A stretch of DNA of 64,000 nucleotides, from the NCBI GenBank assembly GCA_951406725.2, contig OX597819.1, positions 20,894,001-20,958,000 on the forward strand. Reading direction: 5' to 3'. Of the stretch, positions 12,101 through 25,394 are shown in pieces (the stretch's first letter is position 1; each line of letters begins with the position of its first letter). Under the pieces are notes generated by a model. It was given only the letters and a program-made list of their open reading frames with translations. It did no database searches and was not told the origin of the DNA. Position numbers and translations under genes: made by a program. The stretch is from Octopus vulgaris (lineage: Eukaryota).

Positions 12101-13056
12101 TTGAGATTCAGTAACTTGTAAAAATGTATTCCAAATACCATATCTTTTCATTCAAATTGTCAATAAATATCCCGACAGGATGCCTAAGATTAGACCAAGT
12201 ACAAGTTGGTCGGATAATATCCATGGTTTCAGTTAGTCACGTTCGAGAATCTAACTGGACAATCTAATAAGTTTTCCTTGCGACGGGACCTAATAGAGGA
12301 GCTGTCTTTACAGCCATGACCCTCCCAGGAATTGTAAGTGTAGAGGAAGTATGCTTAGATACGTCGATGAATGGAAGCGGTGTTGGGCAGCAGTTCTAAT
12401 ATGGACAATCTCTGAAGATCATTTTTGCTGACAACACGAACACTGCGAATCCTGTATCAGCTTCTAATTACTCATGAGTGAATAAGTAAGGCTGATTTAG
12501 ACGATACACCAAAATACATTATATATGCGTTTGTAAATTTTCCCTCAGAATTATTCAGAATATGCGCTAGAAATTTCAAATACTTAAATTTTGGACTAAC
12601 AATTAAGATTTTTTAAAAATTGCACAAATAAGGAACGTGGAAGAAATTCGTTGTTTTCGGTGTCACTCCAAATAAAAACGTTGATTTTGTAGATTCAAGA
12701 GATGCACAAACTTATGAACATAGACGTCACGCATTTTATGCGTTGAGGGATTTCAAATTTCAGTTTTCGAGTTGTAGTAAATGAGAAATAATTCCCAACA
12801 GCTTGTCAGAGGAAAGGATATAAGGATATAACTGATTGGGTGAAAAATTTTTCGTAAGCCTTCAAATAAAAGTACACTGATACCTGGCAGTACGAGTTCA
12901 GTTCATTCCATGACCGGCTTACGATTTACTTGTTTTACGAATCAATGTTCCCCTTTGAAATTAATTAAAATATAATTAAACCTTTCTAGCCCAACAAAAC
13001 AACTCAAAAATATGGGTTTATAACAGAAAAATTGTAGTTTCAAATAAAATCGCAAT

Positions 13057-13104
<48 letters not shown>

Positions 13105-13751
13105 ATTCTGATTTTACTTGAAACTATATATATATATATATATAAAGAGAATGCAAAAGAAAAACATAAACTCGTTTTATTAAGTCAGTCACCTTAAAGA
13201 TTGGAGGATTTGTGTGCTCGTAATTCAAGACAAAATTTCGCACGAATCTCGGCTCGTACAGCAAATCACTCGTACAATGCGTCACTCGTACTGCGTGATT
13301 GTACTGTATTCTTATAAAAGTGATGAAGAAATGTAGCACGAGTAATATTAAGCAAAACTATTACTTATCAATGAGACAGATTTCGATACAAGCGAAAGCT
13401 TCCTCCAGTTCAAAGCGGTTACCGACTTCAAAAGTTTTTACATATGATTCATGTATTCTCCTTGTTTGATGAACTTGCTTCCATTACGGGACTTTGTTTC
13501 TGAAGTCTGATGATTTTTTTTTCTAATAATGATATACATAATTTATTGTATAATTCTTAAAATAGTAGCTAAAATAATTTCAAGCATTTAACATTTTATG
13601 ACATACGATTTATGTTCTTAATTTTTTTTATATCTCTTCAACTTAACAACGTGCGTCATACGCTACGGAATACATTACGCACATACACACAGACGCGCAT
13701 GCACATACACGCGCACACTTATATATACATATACACATATTTATATATACT

Positions 13752-13886
13752 CTTTTACTCTTTTCAGAAATGTGACTGTGGCTATGCTGGTGCACCGTCT
13801 TTAGTCGAGCAAATCAACCTCAGGACTTATTCTTTGTAAGCCTAGTACTTAGTCTATCTGTCTCTTTTGCCGAACCTCTAAGTTAT
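13752..13886 (-). mobile_element. 3' fragment of the SINE family seen at 22374
   Basis: gactgtggctatgctggtgcacc...ttagtcgagcaaatc...gacttattctttgtaagcctagtactt matches 34780-34890. Confidence 0.75.
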
Positions 13887-14095
13887 TTTCTCCACTTATC
13901 TCATCTTCATTATTTTTTCTCAACTTCCATAAATTTATTCGGGTTGTTAGACAAAAAGCTGTGTCCGACGCGTTATACATTTATTCTATAATATATCCTT
14001 TAAAGTTTTTTTTTTCGTTCTTTGAGCGTCAGCATAATAATAATGATGATGATGATAACATCATTATAATAAAAACAATAATAATACTAACATCA

Positions 14096-14235
14096 TGATT
14101 CCTAACCACATGGTCCCATGTTCAGTTCGACTGCGAAGGCCTTCGGGAAGTGTCTTTTAGTATTGCCTCGAGCCAACCAAAGCCTTGTGAATGGATTTGA
14201 TAGACGGGCACTGAAAGATGTTCGTCGTGTACACA

Positions 14236-14281
<46 letters not shown>

Positions 14282-14408
14282 TTATATTTATGTGTGTATC
14301 TTTGTGTCATCTGTGTTTGTCCTCGCACCATCGCTTGCCAACTTATGTTGGTGTATTTACATCCCCGAAACTTAGTGATTTAGCAAAATACACAGATAGA
14401 ATAAGTAT
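14096..14408 (+). mobile_element. Degenerate copy of the SINE family seen at 22374
   Basis: aaccacatggtcccatgttcagt...aagtgtcttt...gccttgtgaatggattt...(TG)n(TA)n...cttagtgatttagcaaaa...gatagaataagta. Confidence 0.75.
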
Positions 14409-14427
14409 TGTATATATATATATATAT

Positions 14428-14469
<42 letters not shown>

Positions 14470-15419
14470 TTGTGTGTGTGTATACACACACACACTCTCA
14501 CACACATATGGTCTCGCAAATGGTAATCGTGCCTTTTACTTTTTGATATTTGGTGGTTTTAATCTGGCGGTCAATGGTTTTTTTCTGGTATGAACAAGTT
14601 AGGATGGTCTTAACTGGATGATTGGTAGGTTTAACGGTAATATTTGCTGAAAATCTGAAATATTAACCACGAAAGAATGGAAATATAAAGAACAGGCTTA
14701 TCTTTTGAAAGAAATTGCAGAAAGAGAGCTGCTATATCAATATAAGATTTAAATAATTATTTTAAACAGAGAAATAAAAGATTTGTGCAGGTAGAATGTA
14801 TTTGGCGTTGGTGTATATCTTTTTTTATTAACCAGAATTAAATATGTTTGAATACGTCTGATAAGAATGCTAAAAATGTGATAAACAGCATAGATGACGT
14901 AATTAATTATATTTACTGCATATTATTATAATTTCAATGAAATTACATGCTTTGATCAACTTACGCAACACAATATACTTATCTCATAATAGCTCTTATA
15001 TTTCAAAAGAAAATACAAGATTTTATATGATCAATGCATAATTAGCTTTCATTAAGAGATTGGAGATTACACCATGTCACATATCACATAGTTGCGTATA
15101 TTTAGTAAGTGCGATAAATGAAATATATTAGGAGACAAATAAACTAATTTGAAAATAAAATTAATAAAAATAAATAATTGAAACTATCATTAAACATAGT
15201 GATCCTGAAGTATTAGTTTTACGATAGAAATATAATAAATTGCATTTGAAAAAATATATACGCATATTAACAGAAGTACTCATATCAATTTATCAGAGTA
15301 TATTTTTTTAAAAAAAACTCTATTTCGGTGAAAATTACTACGTTCTGGTTCTTTGCCAGATGCTTTACCTGGAATTTTGTTCCTTAGTTTTATTGCATTT
15401 TTCTATGATTTCAAATATT

Positions 15420-15975
15420 TAGATGACTCAGCTCTTATATGGGTGTACCTCCTCTGATATTCATATTTAGATTGTACTTTATAATCTCTGAAGAGGCCTT
15501 GGAATATTTTTGTAAGTGTCTCATTTATAACCACATAATAACTTATCACACCTGGCTAATATGGGCATAATGAGATACCCATATCTACAGGGCTGAAACA
15601 GCTGTAAGATGTAGATTATATTTATATTCACTTATACACATTGTACTTATTGTATCATATTACTCATTGATATGCATTGTTTTGTTCTGTACTATTGTGT
15701 TTGACCTTGATGTTCATATGTAGTTGGTTAATAAATTATGTGATTGGGTATTATCTGGTAGTTGATTATTGATTAAGGTGTATTTCTCCATTTTCTTATT
15801 TTGTATTATTAATTTGTGGTAAAACATTTTACCTTTGCCCATATAATACAATATATGAATTAGATGTATCGCAATTCTTAACATTTATGTATTAACTTTG
15901 TTGGGTGGTTTACTGGCAGTATATAGGATATATATTATCCCATTGTGGGTTGCACTCATAACCCCGATCTCAATT
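15420..15975 (+). mobile_element. Penelope-like or retrozyme-like non-coding element carrying a hammerhead
   Basis: Contains the hammerhead at 15484-15610; its 3' ~190 bp (15782-15975) recurs diverged at 18530-18720; both copies end in TA microsatellite. Confidence 0.55.
15484..15610 (+). ncRNA. Type I hammerhead ribozyme with long stem II
   Basis: ATCT-CTGAAGA(15488-94)-GGCCTTG...86 nt...CAGGGCT-GAAA(15595-98)-CAGCTG-TA-AGAT. Palindromic stem III, 4-bp stem I, GUA cleavage triplet. Confidence 0.75.
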
Positions 15976-15980
15976 TATTT

Positions 15981-16015
<35 letters not shown>

Positions 16016-16020
16016 TAGAT

Positions 16021-16053
<33 letters not shown>

Positions 16054-16064
16054 TAGATAGATAG

Positions 16065-16107
<43 letters not shown>

Positions 16108-16112
16108 TAGAT

Positions 16113-16151
<39 letters not shown>

Positions 16152-16209
16152 TAGATAGATAGATAGATATATATATATATATATATATATATAGATAGAT
16201 AGATAGATA

Positions 16210-16248
<39 letters not shown>

Positions 16249-16253
16249 TATAT

Positions 16254-16296
<43 letters not shown>

Positions 16297-16323
16297 TAGA
16301 TATATATATATATATATATATAT

Positions 16324-16378
<55 letters not shown>

Positions 16379-16616
16379 TAGATAGATATGTATATATATA
16401 TATAGATAGATAGATATATATATATATATAGATAGATAGATAGATATATATATATATATATAGATAGATAGATAGATAGATATATATATATATATATATA
16501 GATAGATAGATAGATATGTATATATGTATATATATACATATGTATATGTATCTATATATATATAAGTATATATACATATGTATATATATAAATGTATGTA
16601 TATGTATATATATACG
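15976..16616. repeat. (TA)n/(TAGA)n compound microsatellite
   Basis: Direct reading. Confidence 0.95.
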
Positions 16617-17902
16617 TTATGGCTGCCCCCTCGTTATCGAGTATGGCCATTGCACGAAGCTTAACTGTTACTGGTGCTGTGATCGAATGTGACTTTTTAG
16701 CCCAGCTAAAGATCTACAATGTCTTGTACAAAATTGGCAACTAAGACCTTTACTCTTAATAGCCGGTTGTAGTTGTAACTGGGCTTCATGTACCTTTGCA
16801 TGTCTTTTAAGTCCTCCTGCCGAATTACACTCTCTTCCACATGCCCGACAGATATGATTAGTATGGTGTGTTGCAGTACCACTAGTGGCCAGGTTGTCAC
16901 TCATCTGTCTCGTTTTATGACTACGAAGATGACTCATGAGTCCAGCTTTACTGAGGCAGGGTCTTGCACAGACATTGCATGTCAGAATCAAAGGAAGACC
17001 CTTCCCTTCTGGAAGTGTAACAGCGATGCCCTTCCTGACATCCCTCCTTTCTTTCTCATGTGCAACTCGAGATTTCCCAAACGTGGCTGTCCCCTCATGC
17101 ACAATCCTTCTCCACCTGCTACGATCAATAGCTATGCCTTCCCATGTGTCAGGAGAGATGCAAGCATCTCTTAAGGAAGCCTTCAGCAAGTCCTTATACC
17201 TCTTTTTTGGTTTATGTGGAGGTCGTTCTCCTTTAGCTAACTCTCCATAAAAGAGTTGTTTTGGCATCCTTGAATCCTTCATTCTGACCAGATGACCACT
17301 CCACCTGAGCCTTTGCTTTAACGCAAGAGCTTCTATACTTACACACCGAGAGCTTTCGAGTATTTCAAGATCACTGAGCCGGTCCTTCTAGTTAATGCTA
17401 TAGATCCGTCTGAGGCACATCTGATGGAAACGTTCCAGATGTTTAAGGTGGTATCGATATGTGACCCACGTCTCGCAGGCATAGAGAAGAGAAGGGAGCA
17501 CATATGCCTTGTACACCTTTATCTTTGTCTTTCTGCATATGTCTCGCCGATTCCAGATGCGCTTTTCTAGCCTTCCGAAAGCAACACCTGCTTTCCTAAT
17601 TCTATATGGAACTTCATCATCCACATTGCCATATCCATTAATAGTGCTTCCCAGGTAGACACACTGATCGACTACATCAAGTCGTTTACCATTCACATAA
17701 ATATTTGGTACACTATACTGCTTACCAGGGACAGGTTGATGCATGACAAGTTTTCTTGAGATTGACTGTCAATCCTAAGGCAGTGCAAGCATCAGAGAAT
17801 GCATTCAAAATGTGTTGCATATCAATCTCTGTGTGTGCTACTAGCTCACAATCATCAGCATACAAAGGGTCTCTTATGATAGAGGTAAATATCTTTGATT
17901 CT
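16617..17902 (-). mobile_element. 5'-truncated RTE-clade LINE (RT C-half, C-terminal C2H2 fingers, short 3' UTR), inactivated
   Basis: LYADD at 17851-17865, YLGS, LLYACETW, RLRWSGHLVRM..R.PKQLFYGEL; frameshift near 17750; TAG at 17388-17390 where W is expected; tail runs into (TA)n. Confidence 0.92.
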
Positions 17903-18128
17903 GTCAAGGGATGCTGGACACACACACACACACACACACACACCCACACACATATATATATATATATAAATACATATATACGACGGGCTTCTTTCAGTTT
18001 CCGTGTACAGATCCACTCACAAGGCTTTGGTGGACCGGATGCTATAGTAGAAGTCACTTGCCCAAGTTACCACGCAGTGGGACTGAACCCGGAACCATGT
18101 GGTTGGTGAACAAGCTACATACCACACA
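17903..18128 (-). mobile_element. 5' half of the SINE family seen at 22374, joined to the RTE
   Basis: caaccacatggttccgggttcagtcccactgcgtgg...cttgggcaagtg...gaaagaagcccgtcg(TA)n(TG)n. Confidence 0.85.
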
Positions 18129-18376
18129 CATACACACACACAAACACACATGTTTATATGCATATATCTTTATGTGTATATACATGTATATATATATATA
18201 TATATCTATATGTGTATGTATATATATACATATATCCATACGTGTATATATATAGATATATCTATATCTATATATATATATATACATATATCTGTATGTG
18301 TGTGTATATATATATATATATTATATGTGTGTGTGTATATACATATATATATATATATATATTATATGTGTGTGTG

Positions 18377-18418
<42 letters not shown>

Positions 18419-18529
18419 GTGTGTGTGTATATACATATATCTATATATACATATATATATGTCTGTGTATGTGTGTGTATACATATGTGTAACATTCTAA
18501 TATCTGAAAGTTGATGAACAAACTAAATT

Positions 18530-18720
18530 GTTTCTCCATTTTCTTATTTGTATTATAAATTAACGGTCAAAATATTTCTTTACCTTCACCCGTTTAGTAC
18601 AATAAATGAGTTAATTGCATTGCAATTAAAAATATTTATGTATTAAGAATCTGGGTACTTTACCAACAGTATCATACTATCCCTTCGTGGGTTACACCCA
18701 TTACCCCGAACTTACTTTGT
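18530..18720 (+). repeat. Diverged copy of the 3' part of the element at 15420-15975
   Basis: tttctccattttcttattt...atttatgtattaa...gtgggtt.cac.cat.accccga shared with 15782-15975. Confidence 0.7.
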
Positions 18721-18724
18721 GTTA

Positions 18725-18780
<56 letters not shown>

Positions 18781-18868
18781 CATACAGATATATATGTGTG
18801 TATATATATATATGTACATACAGATATATATATGTGTGTATATAAATATTTATATATACATACAGATA

Positions 18869-18900
<32 letters not shown>

Positions 18901-18914
18901 CATACATACAGATA

Positions 18915-18948
<34 letters not shown>

Positions 18949-19146
18949 CATATACATACAGATATATATGTGTATATATATATATACATACAGATATATA
19001 TGTGTGTATATATATATATACATAGACATACAGATATATATGTGTGTATATATATATATATATACATACAGATATATATGTGTGTATATATATATATATA
19101 TATACATACAGATATATATGTGTGTATATATATATATATACAGATA

Positions 19147-19178
<32 letters not shown>

Positions 19179-19182
19179 CAGA

Positions 19183-19216
<34 letters not shown>

Positions 19217-19350
19217 CAGATATATATGTGTATATATATATACGTATATACATATATCTCCATATATATACATATGTGTATATATACATGCATATACATA
19301 CATATATATATATACATGTATACACACATAAATATATATATATATATACA

Positions 19351-19390
<40 letters not shown>

Positions 19391-19510
19391 TGCACGTACA
19401 TATGCGTATATATATACATATATTTTTTTATATATATACATACATATATATCATTAGATATATATATATACGCATATATATACACACGCACCCATATATG
19501 CCTATATAGA
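18720..19510. repeat. Higher-order TA minisatellite, unit approx (ta)n-catacagatatatatgtg
   Basis: Direct reading; recurrent acagatata motif. Confidence 0.9.
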
Positions 19511-20343
19511 GAGAAAGAAGTGGAACGAGAGAGAAAGAGGAATTGAGAAAGAATGACATTTACACTCTTAATTTGTATTTCACTCTAGAATTTTGTGTTA
19601 CATTTAATTAACTAAACTACATCTTCTACCATATTTTTATTAGCTGTATTTATATTTCATACACCAGAATTGTTTTGAATATTGTTAAATCTGATTCTTG
19701 AGGAACACTATAGTATCAATTCCCAAGAATCCAGGCTCAAGACGGTGTCCCCGCCTAGCCACATTCTAATGATTGAAACAAATAAATCTAAATAATGGGA
19801 ACTATCATTAAAAATAGTGATCAAGATATATGAGTTTTCAGATAGAATTTGATAAATGGTATTTGAAAAAATATATAGACCTATTAATAGATGTACTCAT
19901 ATCAATTTATCGGAGAGTATATTTTAAACCGTAAACCTAACTCGTCGTTAGTTTTACTCACCAGCTTTTCATAAATATTAAAAACTCTAATACTCTCCCG
20001 TCAAATCCAACAACGATCCGATCAGTTGCATTTTTATATCACAACATATTCTCATATTTACGGTTATCTTTATTCACTTCAAGCGTTATATAATTCTGTT
20101 AGATATGAATTGCACTTTCTGCAACTTCTATATGCTAACTTTAAGCTTACTTCATCTTCTGTGAATTATTTAAACTTTCTTATATCTAAATAACGATATA
20201 TTCACTTAAGAGGAAGAGGGTGGGCAAGTTGTCTCAACGTCTGAAATACCTTGAAGGGAACAGCATTTTCATTCAAGATGTAAAAAAATTAAATTAGTAG
20301 ATATTCTTAAAAACAAAGCAAAGCATATTGAATAATAATATAT

Positions 20344-20400
<57 letters not shown>

Positions 20401-21299
20401 AGTATACATATATAGATGCATACACACAATCACACGTATGTCTATATATGAATCGTATAAGCCTGTACGTCTCCGTATACATATTTGCAAGCATATGCAT
20501 CTTATGTAATGATGTGTATTCAAAGACCATTATATCTGTTATATATAAATGCAAACAATATTTACTACACCAAATAAATTTGACAAATAATAGGAAACAT
20601 TGTTAGTTCCTTTCAGCATATTCTTTTTTTAATCTAGGATTCGATGCCTGCGGTATATAGCAATGAAATGACGTACGGTGTTCAGCTAATGAGATTTTTG
20701 AATAAATTGTATAAGCCAATTCCGAGGAAAAAAAAAATAATAGATCTCCATCTGTTTGAACGCATTGAACTAACGATGGTTTACGTTATCTCAGACAAAT
20801 TATCAAAATTATAAATTAAAACACAAGAGTTTCATGTATCTACGTCAAATTATCTGTATCTTTTATGGCAATTGATTGAATGATCGGTAGAATGGGAGAA
20901 AATGTGTTAGGAAGAGTCTCTTAACGACTGAAGATCGAATCTTGCGGAAAACATATGTGGAAACTAAGAGTAAAGTTCTTCGAATACCATATAAGCGTCT
21001 GTTCGAATCTGTTGTAATGAATAATGAAGGAAGTCTTATTGGTAAATCGGCAACGAATGTTGCAATTCAGCCCAACATCACTTGCAAAGTTTTCTTCAGC
21101 ACTCACACTGGTGACACACGTCAACATTTATGCTTCTACCATTTCTTCTCGAGCCCTAGGACTCAGAATGACAGTTACACGGTTTCCATGTCGAGTAACT
21201 AACAGAGATTACATCATTTTCTCTGAACGGTACCCCTCTCCATTTCGAGTATCAATAATAGAAATGCTGAAAATAGGACGGTCGTGGTGGTGGATGCTG

Positions 21300-21437
21300 C
21301 ACTTCGATTGCATTTACTCCAGTACTTGGCTGGTCCTTCATTTTCTGGATCCTGATAAGATTTTGAACTCAGACAGGAGGGAAGCGGAAGAAATGCAATT
21401 GATTCGACATGCGATCGATTCTGCCAGTCCACCACCG
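21300..21437 (-). mobile_element. Degenerate SINE (family of 1463)
   Basis: Minus strand: ggtggactggcagaatcg...ctgagttcaaa...accagccaagtactggag. Confidence 0.55.
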
Positions 21438-22373
21438 TAAGTTACCTCATAGCAGTCATTCTTTCCTTGCAATGTTGTCTGAAGCAATAAGACACCTGCA
21501 ATTTACTGCTTACCCGGCATGGACTTGGTTCGTGAGCATGGCCAGCTGCAAACCTATGAATTTGTCCTTCACTTTGCTTGTGGTTACGATCTTCTAATCC
21601 TTTAGTGCCAATTTAATTTTTCGGTGCTCGTAGTTCGAGCTAGGAGCGCATCAACATAATGAGGACATAATTTAGTGTGTGATATGAAATGCTTCCTATA
21701 GGTGAATGTGATGTTTGAAAACGAAGATTATGATTCGATTGGATAATTATTATATATTGCTCCTTTATTTGTTGAAGTGAATCAGCTCCTGATTAATCAT
21801 GAGCAAAGTTGGTTATCTTAAGGAGAGATTATAGTTAAAGGATGTTCGTTCTTCTTAAATTTTGATCTATGATGTTTAAACCCCATAGACATCTGCTACT
21901 TGGCTAATTACAAACGAATGTGGCATCCTTGAAACCGACAACGCTTACGAAGACAACTTACAGCATGCCTGTAGATATGGCTGGTAATTGTTTGAACGAG
22001 GGATTAACAGCAATATCTCGGCCGGATAGCACGCAAATATCACGGATTCTGCCTCTTCTTGAAGATTTAGTAAGAAAGAGAAGAGAACGAATCATCATTT
22101 GAAAGCATGTCGCTGTATCTATTTGACCTCCACGTAATTTGAACTCAGATTGCAAAAGTGTTGGTAAGTTTACCAAATGACATTTGTTTTCTCCTCAGTT
22201 GGCGGTAGAAATTTCATAAGAGTGTCAGGCACATCCTTAAAAAGACGCATTAGAGGTGAGTAGACTATAATAATAGTGCTAAAGGAATATTAGCGAAGTC
22301 CACGAGAGAAGTCGGGGCAGCAACTAAATCATACGCGATAAGGTGTTTTAATCTTGACAGGTTTTACACAGTA

Positions 22374-22789
22374 GGCGCAGGAGTGGCTGCGTGGTAAGTA
22401 GCTTGCTAACCAACCACATGGTTCCGGGTTCAGTCCCACTGCGTAGCATCTTGGGCAAGTGTCTTCTGCTATAGCCCCGGGCCGACCAATGCCTTGTGAG
22501 TGGATTTGGTAGACGGAAACTGAAAGAAGCCAGTCGTATATATGTATATATATATATATAAGTGTGTGTGTGTATATGTTTGTGTGTCTGTGTTTGTCCC
22601 ACCTAACATTGCTTGACAACCAATGCTGATATGTTTACGTCCCCGTAACTTAGCGGTTCGGCAAAAGCGACCGATAGAATAAGTACTGGGCTTACAAAGA
22701 ATAAGTCCAGGGGTCGATTTGCTCGACTAAAGGCGGTGCTCCAGCATGGCCGCAGTCAAATGACTGAAACAAGAAAAAGAGTAAAAGAG
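22374..22789 (+). mobile_element. Full-length tRNA-derived SINE with CORE-like segment and internal microsatellite
   Basis: A-box-like tggctgcgtgg, B-box-like ggttcagtccc, cttgggcaagtgtctt, internal (TA)n(TG)n, tail gactgaaacaagaaaaagagtaaaagag; several copies in the window. Confidence 0.9.
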
Positions 22790-25394
22790 GTTCAATCTAT
22801 AAAGTTTTAGCCACAGAGTCTTGATCTACCCAAAGCTAAGGTAGAAAACGCTTGTCCACTATGCCACGCAGTGGGATTGAACACTGAAAGAAATGATCAA
22901 TAAGCTACCTTCTTAATCGCATGCCTCTGTCTATCATATAAAGAAACTGCATCATAACTTCAACAGGAATGGTTGTTAATATATATATTCGCTACACATT
23001 TGACAACTGCTCAAAAATCACGAACACATGAGGAAAAAAATAAAACTAAACAAATGTGTGTTTAAAATATTTCTCAGATATACCAGACATTTTTTTTTTT
23101 TTAAGGGGGGGAAAAAAAGATTTAATCTAAATCTGTTCTAGAAAAATATTTTCATATATATTTTGCAAGACATTAAAAAATATTCAAGATATGTTATATG
23201 TGGGTACGTACATGTGAATATATACGTGTGGATGCTTACAGATGTGTGCGTATGTGTGTCTGTTTGTGCGTGTGCCCGAGAGTTTGTAATCTAGCGTTGT
23301 AGGATTTACAAACAAGATAAACAATATTCAGCATCCAATACCTACAGTTTCCATAGAATAAACAAAATATTGAGCTTATATGTATGTGTGTGTGTATGCA
23401 CGCATGTATGTATGTATGCATAGTAAGAGAGGGAAGAGAAACAGCTAAAACTTGGTGCAAACAAAATTAATCATCAAAACAAATCGAGGCATATATACAT
23501 ATATATATATATGTGTATGCACTTACATACTTATATATATATGTAAGTATGTAAGTGCATACAAAAATGTTTTTTTACCCGGACATAAATTTTACTGAAC
23601 ATTAGTAAATATGTTTTAGCAAGCATATTCATATAAATATTATAAATCCATAAAATTTGGATTGATCAAGGATCCACCCAAAAATATTATTTTCGTGTCT
23701 GGATGTGTGTATCTTCGTAGGTTTATAGGTATATAAATATGCATGTATTCAGAGAGAGACAGATAAATAGAGAGAGAAAGTGAGAGAGAGGAAGAAAGTG
23801 CTTGGGGAGAAAGAGATATCTATTACCAAAACGGAACAGATTATGTTGGAAGAGATCTTCCCTGTTTTAATAGATTTCACAGCCATGCTTAACCCTTACA
23901 CATAAAAGAAATTGAAGGAAAATGAAATGGAACCTAGTTTAGTACAACGTTCTGTATGATACGAATACGGCAGTTCATTATTCATTGTAACGTTGCGAAC
24001 ATAGAAATAAGAGAAATTGGGGGTGGCTGTTTCGGTGCTGGTGAGTTGGCAGAGCGAACTAGGCAGAGAAACTGCTTTGGCAGGAGTGTTTTGTTGAATT
24101 GGAGAAATACACACACACACACACACACACCCAAGTATGTGTTCTGATAAATATTCACATGTAAATAGAGGAGTAAGTGCATGCGAGAGGGATTAAGGAA
24201 GAATCAGACATTACAATTTATTAATTGATATGAGAACTTCCTCAAACCACACTTACATAAAGGTAAATATGCACACACACACACACATACACACACACAC
24301 AATGAAAGTGGGAGAAGAGAAAGACAGAGAAAGAGGGAGACCGAGAGCGGGAAATAGACATATTAAAATGTTTGTGAAATAAATGAGCGGTGAATGAAGC
24401 GGCGCCAACCTGGCAGTGCCAAAACATGCCATACACTTATAAATGTCATTTGGTTGTTGTGTAAAGCATTTGGGTAAAAACAACTAAATGATATTGAAGC
24501 GAAATTCTTCGATCGTGGATGAGAAGACCCTACTCTCTTACTCTAAAATTTGCCTCTGAATATTAAAAGCCTGAATTACTGAATTCCTACTAACATGGAA
24601 TGAACATTTCTCATGATAACATGAAACCTCAACATTACATGTGCCACACGATGTTTGTCCTTGAGTAGCAACAATTATTTCTATTGTCTTACCGCGAGAA
24701 AGTATGAAAATTGGCGAATATTTCATTCAAACTTTGCTTTTGTTACATTTATTCAAATCCCCAAATAATCTCTCTCAACTAATAGATATGATGCTCCCCT
24801 GCTATTCTTCATCATCATAAATGCACATATTTTCACTAAGGGACATGCGCAAGTGGTTAAGGTCAAGCAACCGTTATGCAAATCTGCGGTATTGAGCAGA
24901 ATATTTCTTCTTCAGCAACTCAGCACCGAATCTATCTGAAATGTAATGGAAAATAAGTCATAAAAGCAAAGTTTCAAGGGAATAATAGTAATTTCCTTTG
25001 GTTTTTTAGATAGAAACAAATAAGGTTTAACAGGCAAAAACAAGCAAAAGATGCATATTTCGTTCTTTGTTATATCTAGCCTCTCGGCAGCGATTAGCAG
25101 AATCGAAACTGGTCGACTATGTAAATATTTTACATCATAAAATATATATAGTTTATCGAACATATGTAGCGTATGATACACCTCTTAGAATTAAGTGCTA
25201 AAGTCTTAATTAAACCACCGTACAGCACCAAAATAATAGAGAAGAAACATTAGACGAGGAAACGTATTAATATACATTCAAAAGCACAAAAAAAAATAAA
25301 GTTTAGAAAGTCCACATATCCGTGTTTAGGCTTTTGGATATTTAATGCTTGATCCTCTTCCGCGTGAATATTAACGATTTGATTTGAGCTGAAT

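Noticed and set aside
20927-20962. CTGAAGA...GAAA-acatatgt hammerhead-like string
   Set aside because: Stem II is only 2 bp, there is no valid UH cleavage site and no stem I.
21508-21594. Possible minus-strand exon ending at a GTAAGC donor
   Set aside because: No polypyrimidine acceptor and no recognisable peptide.
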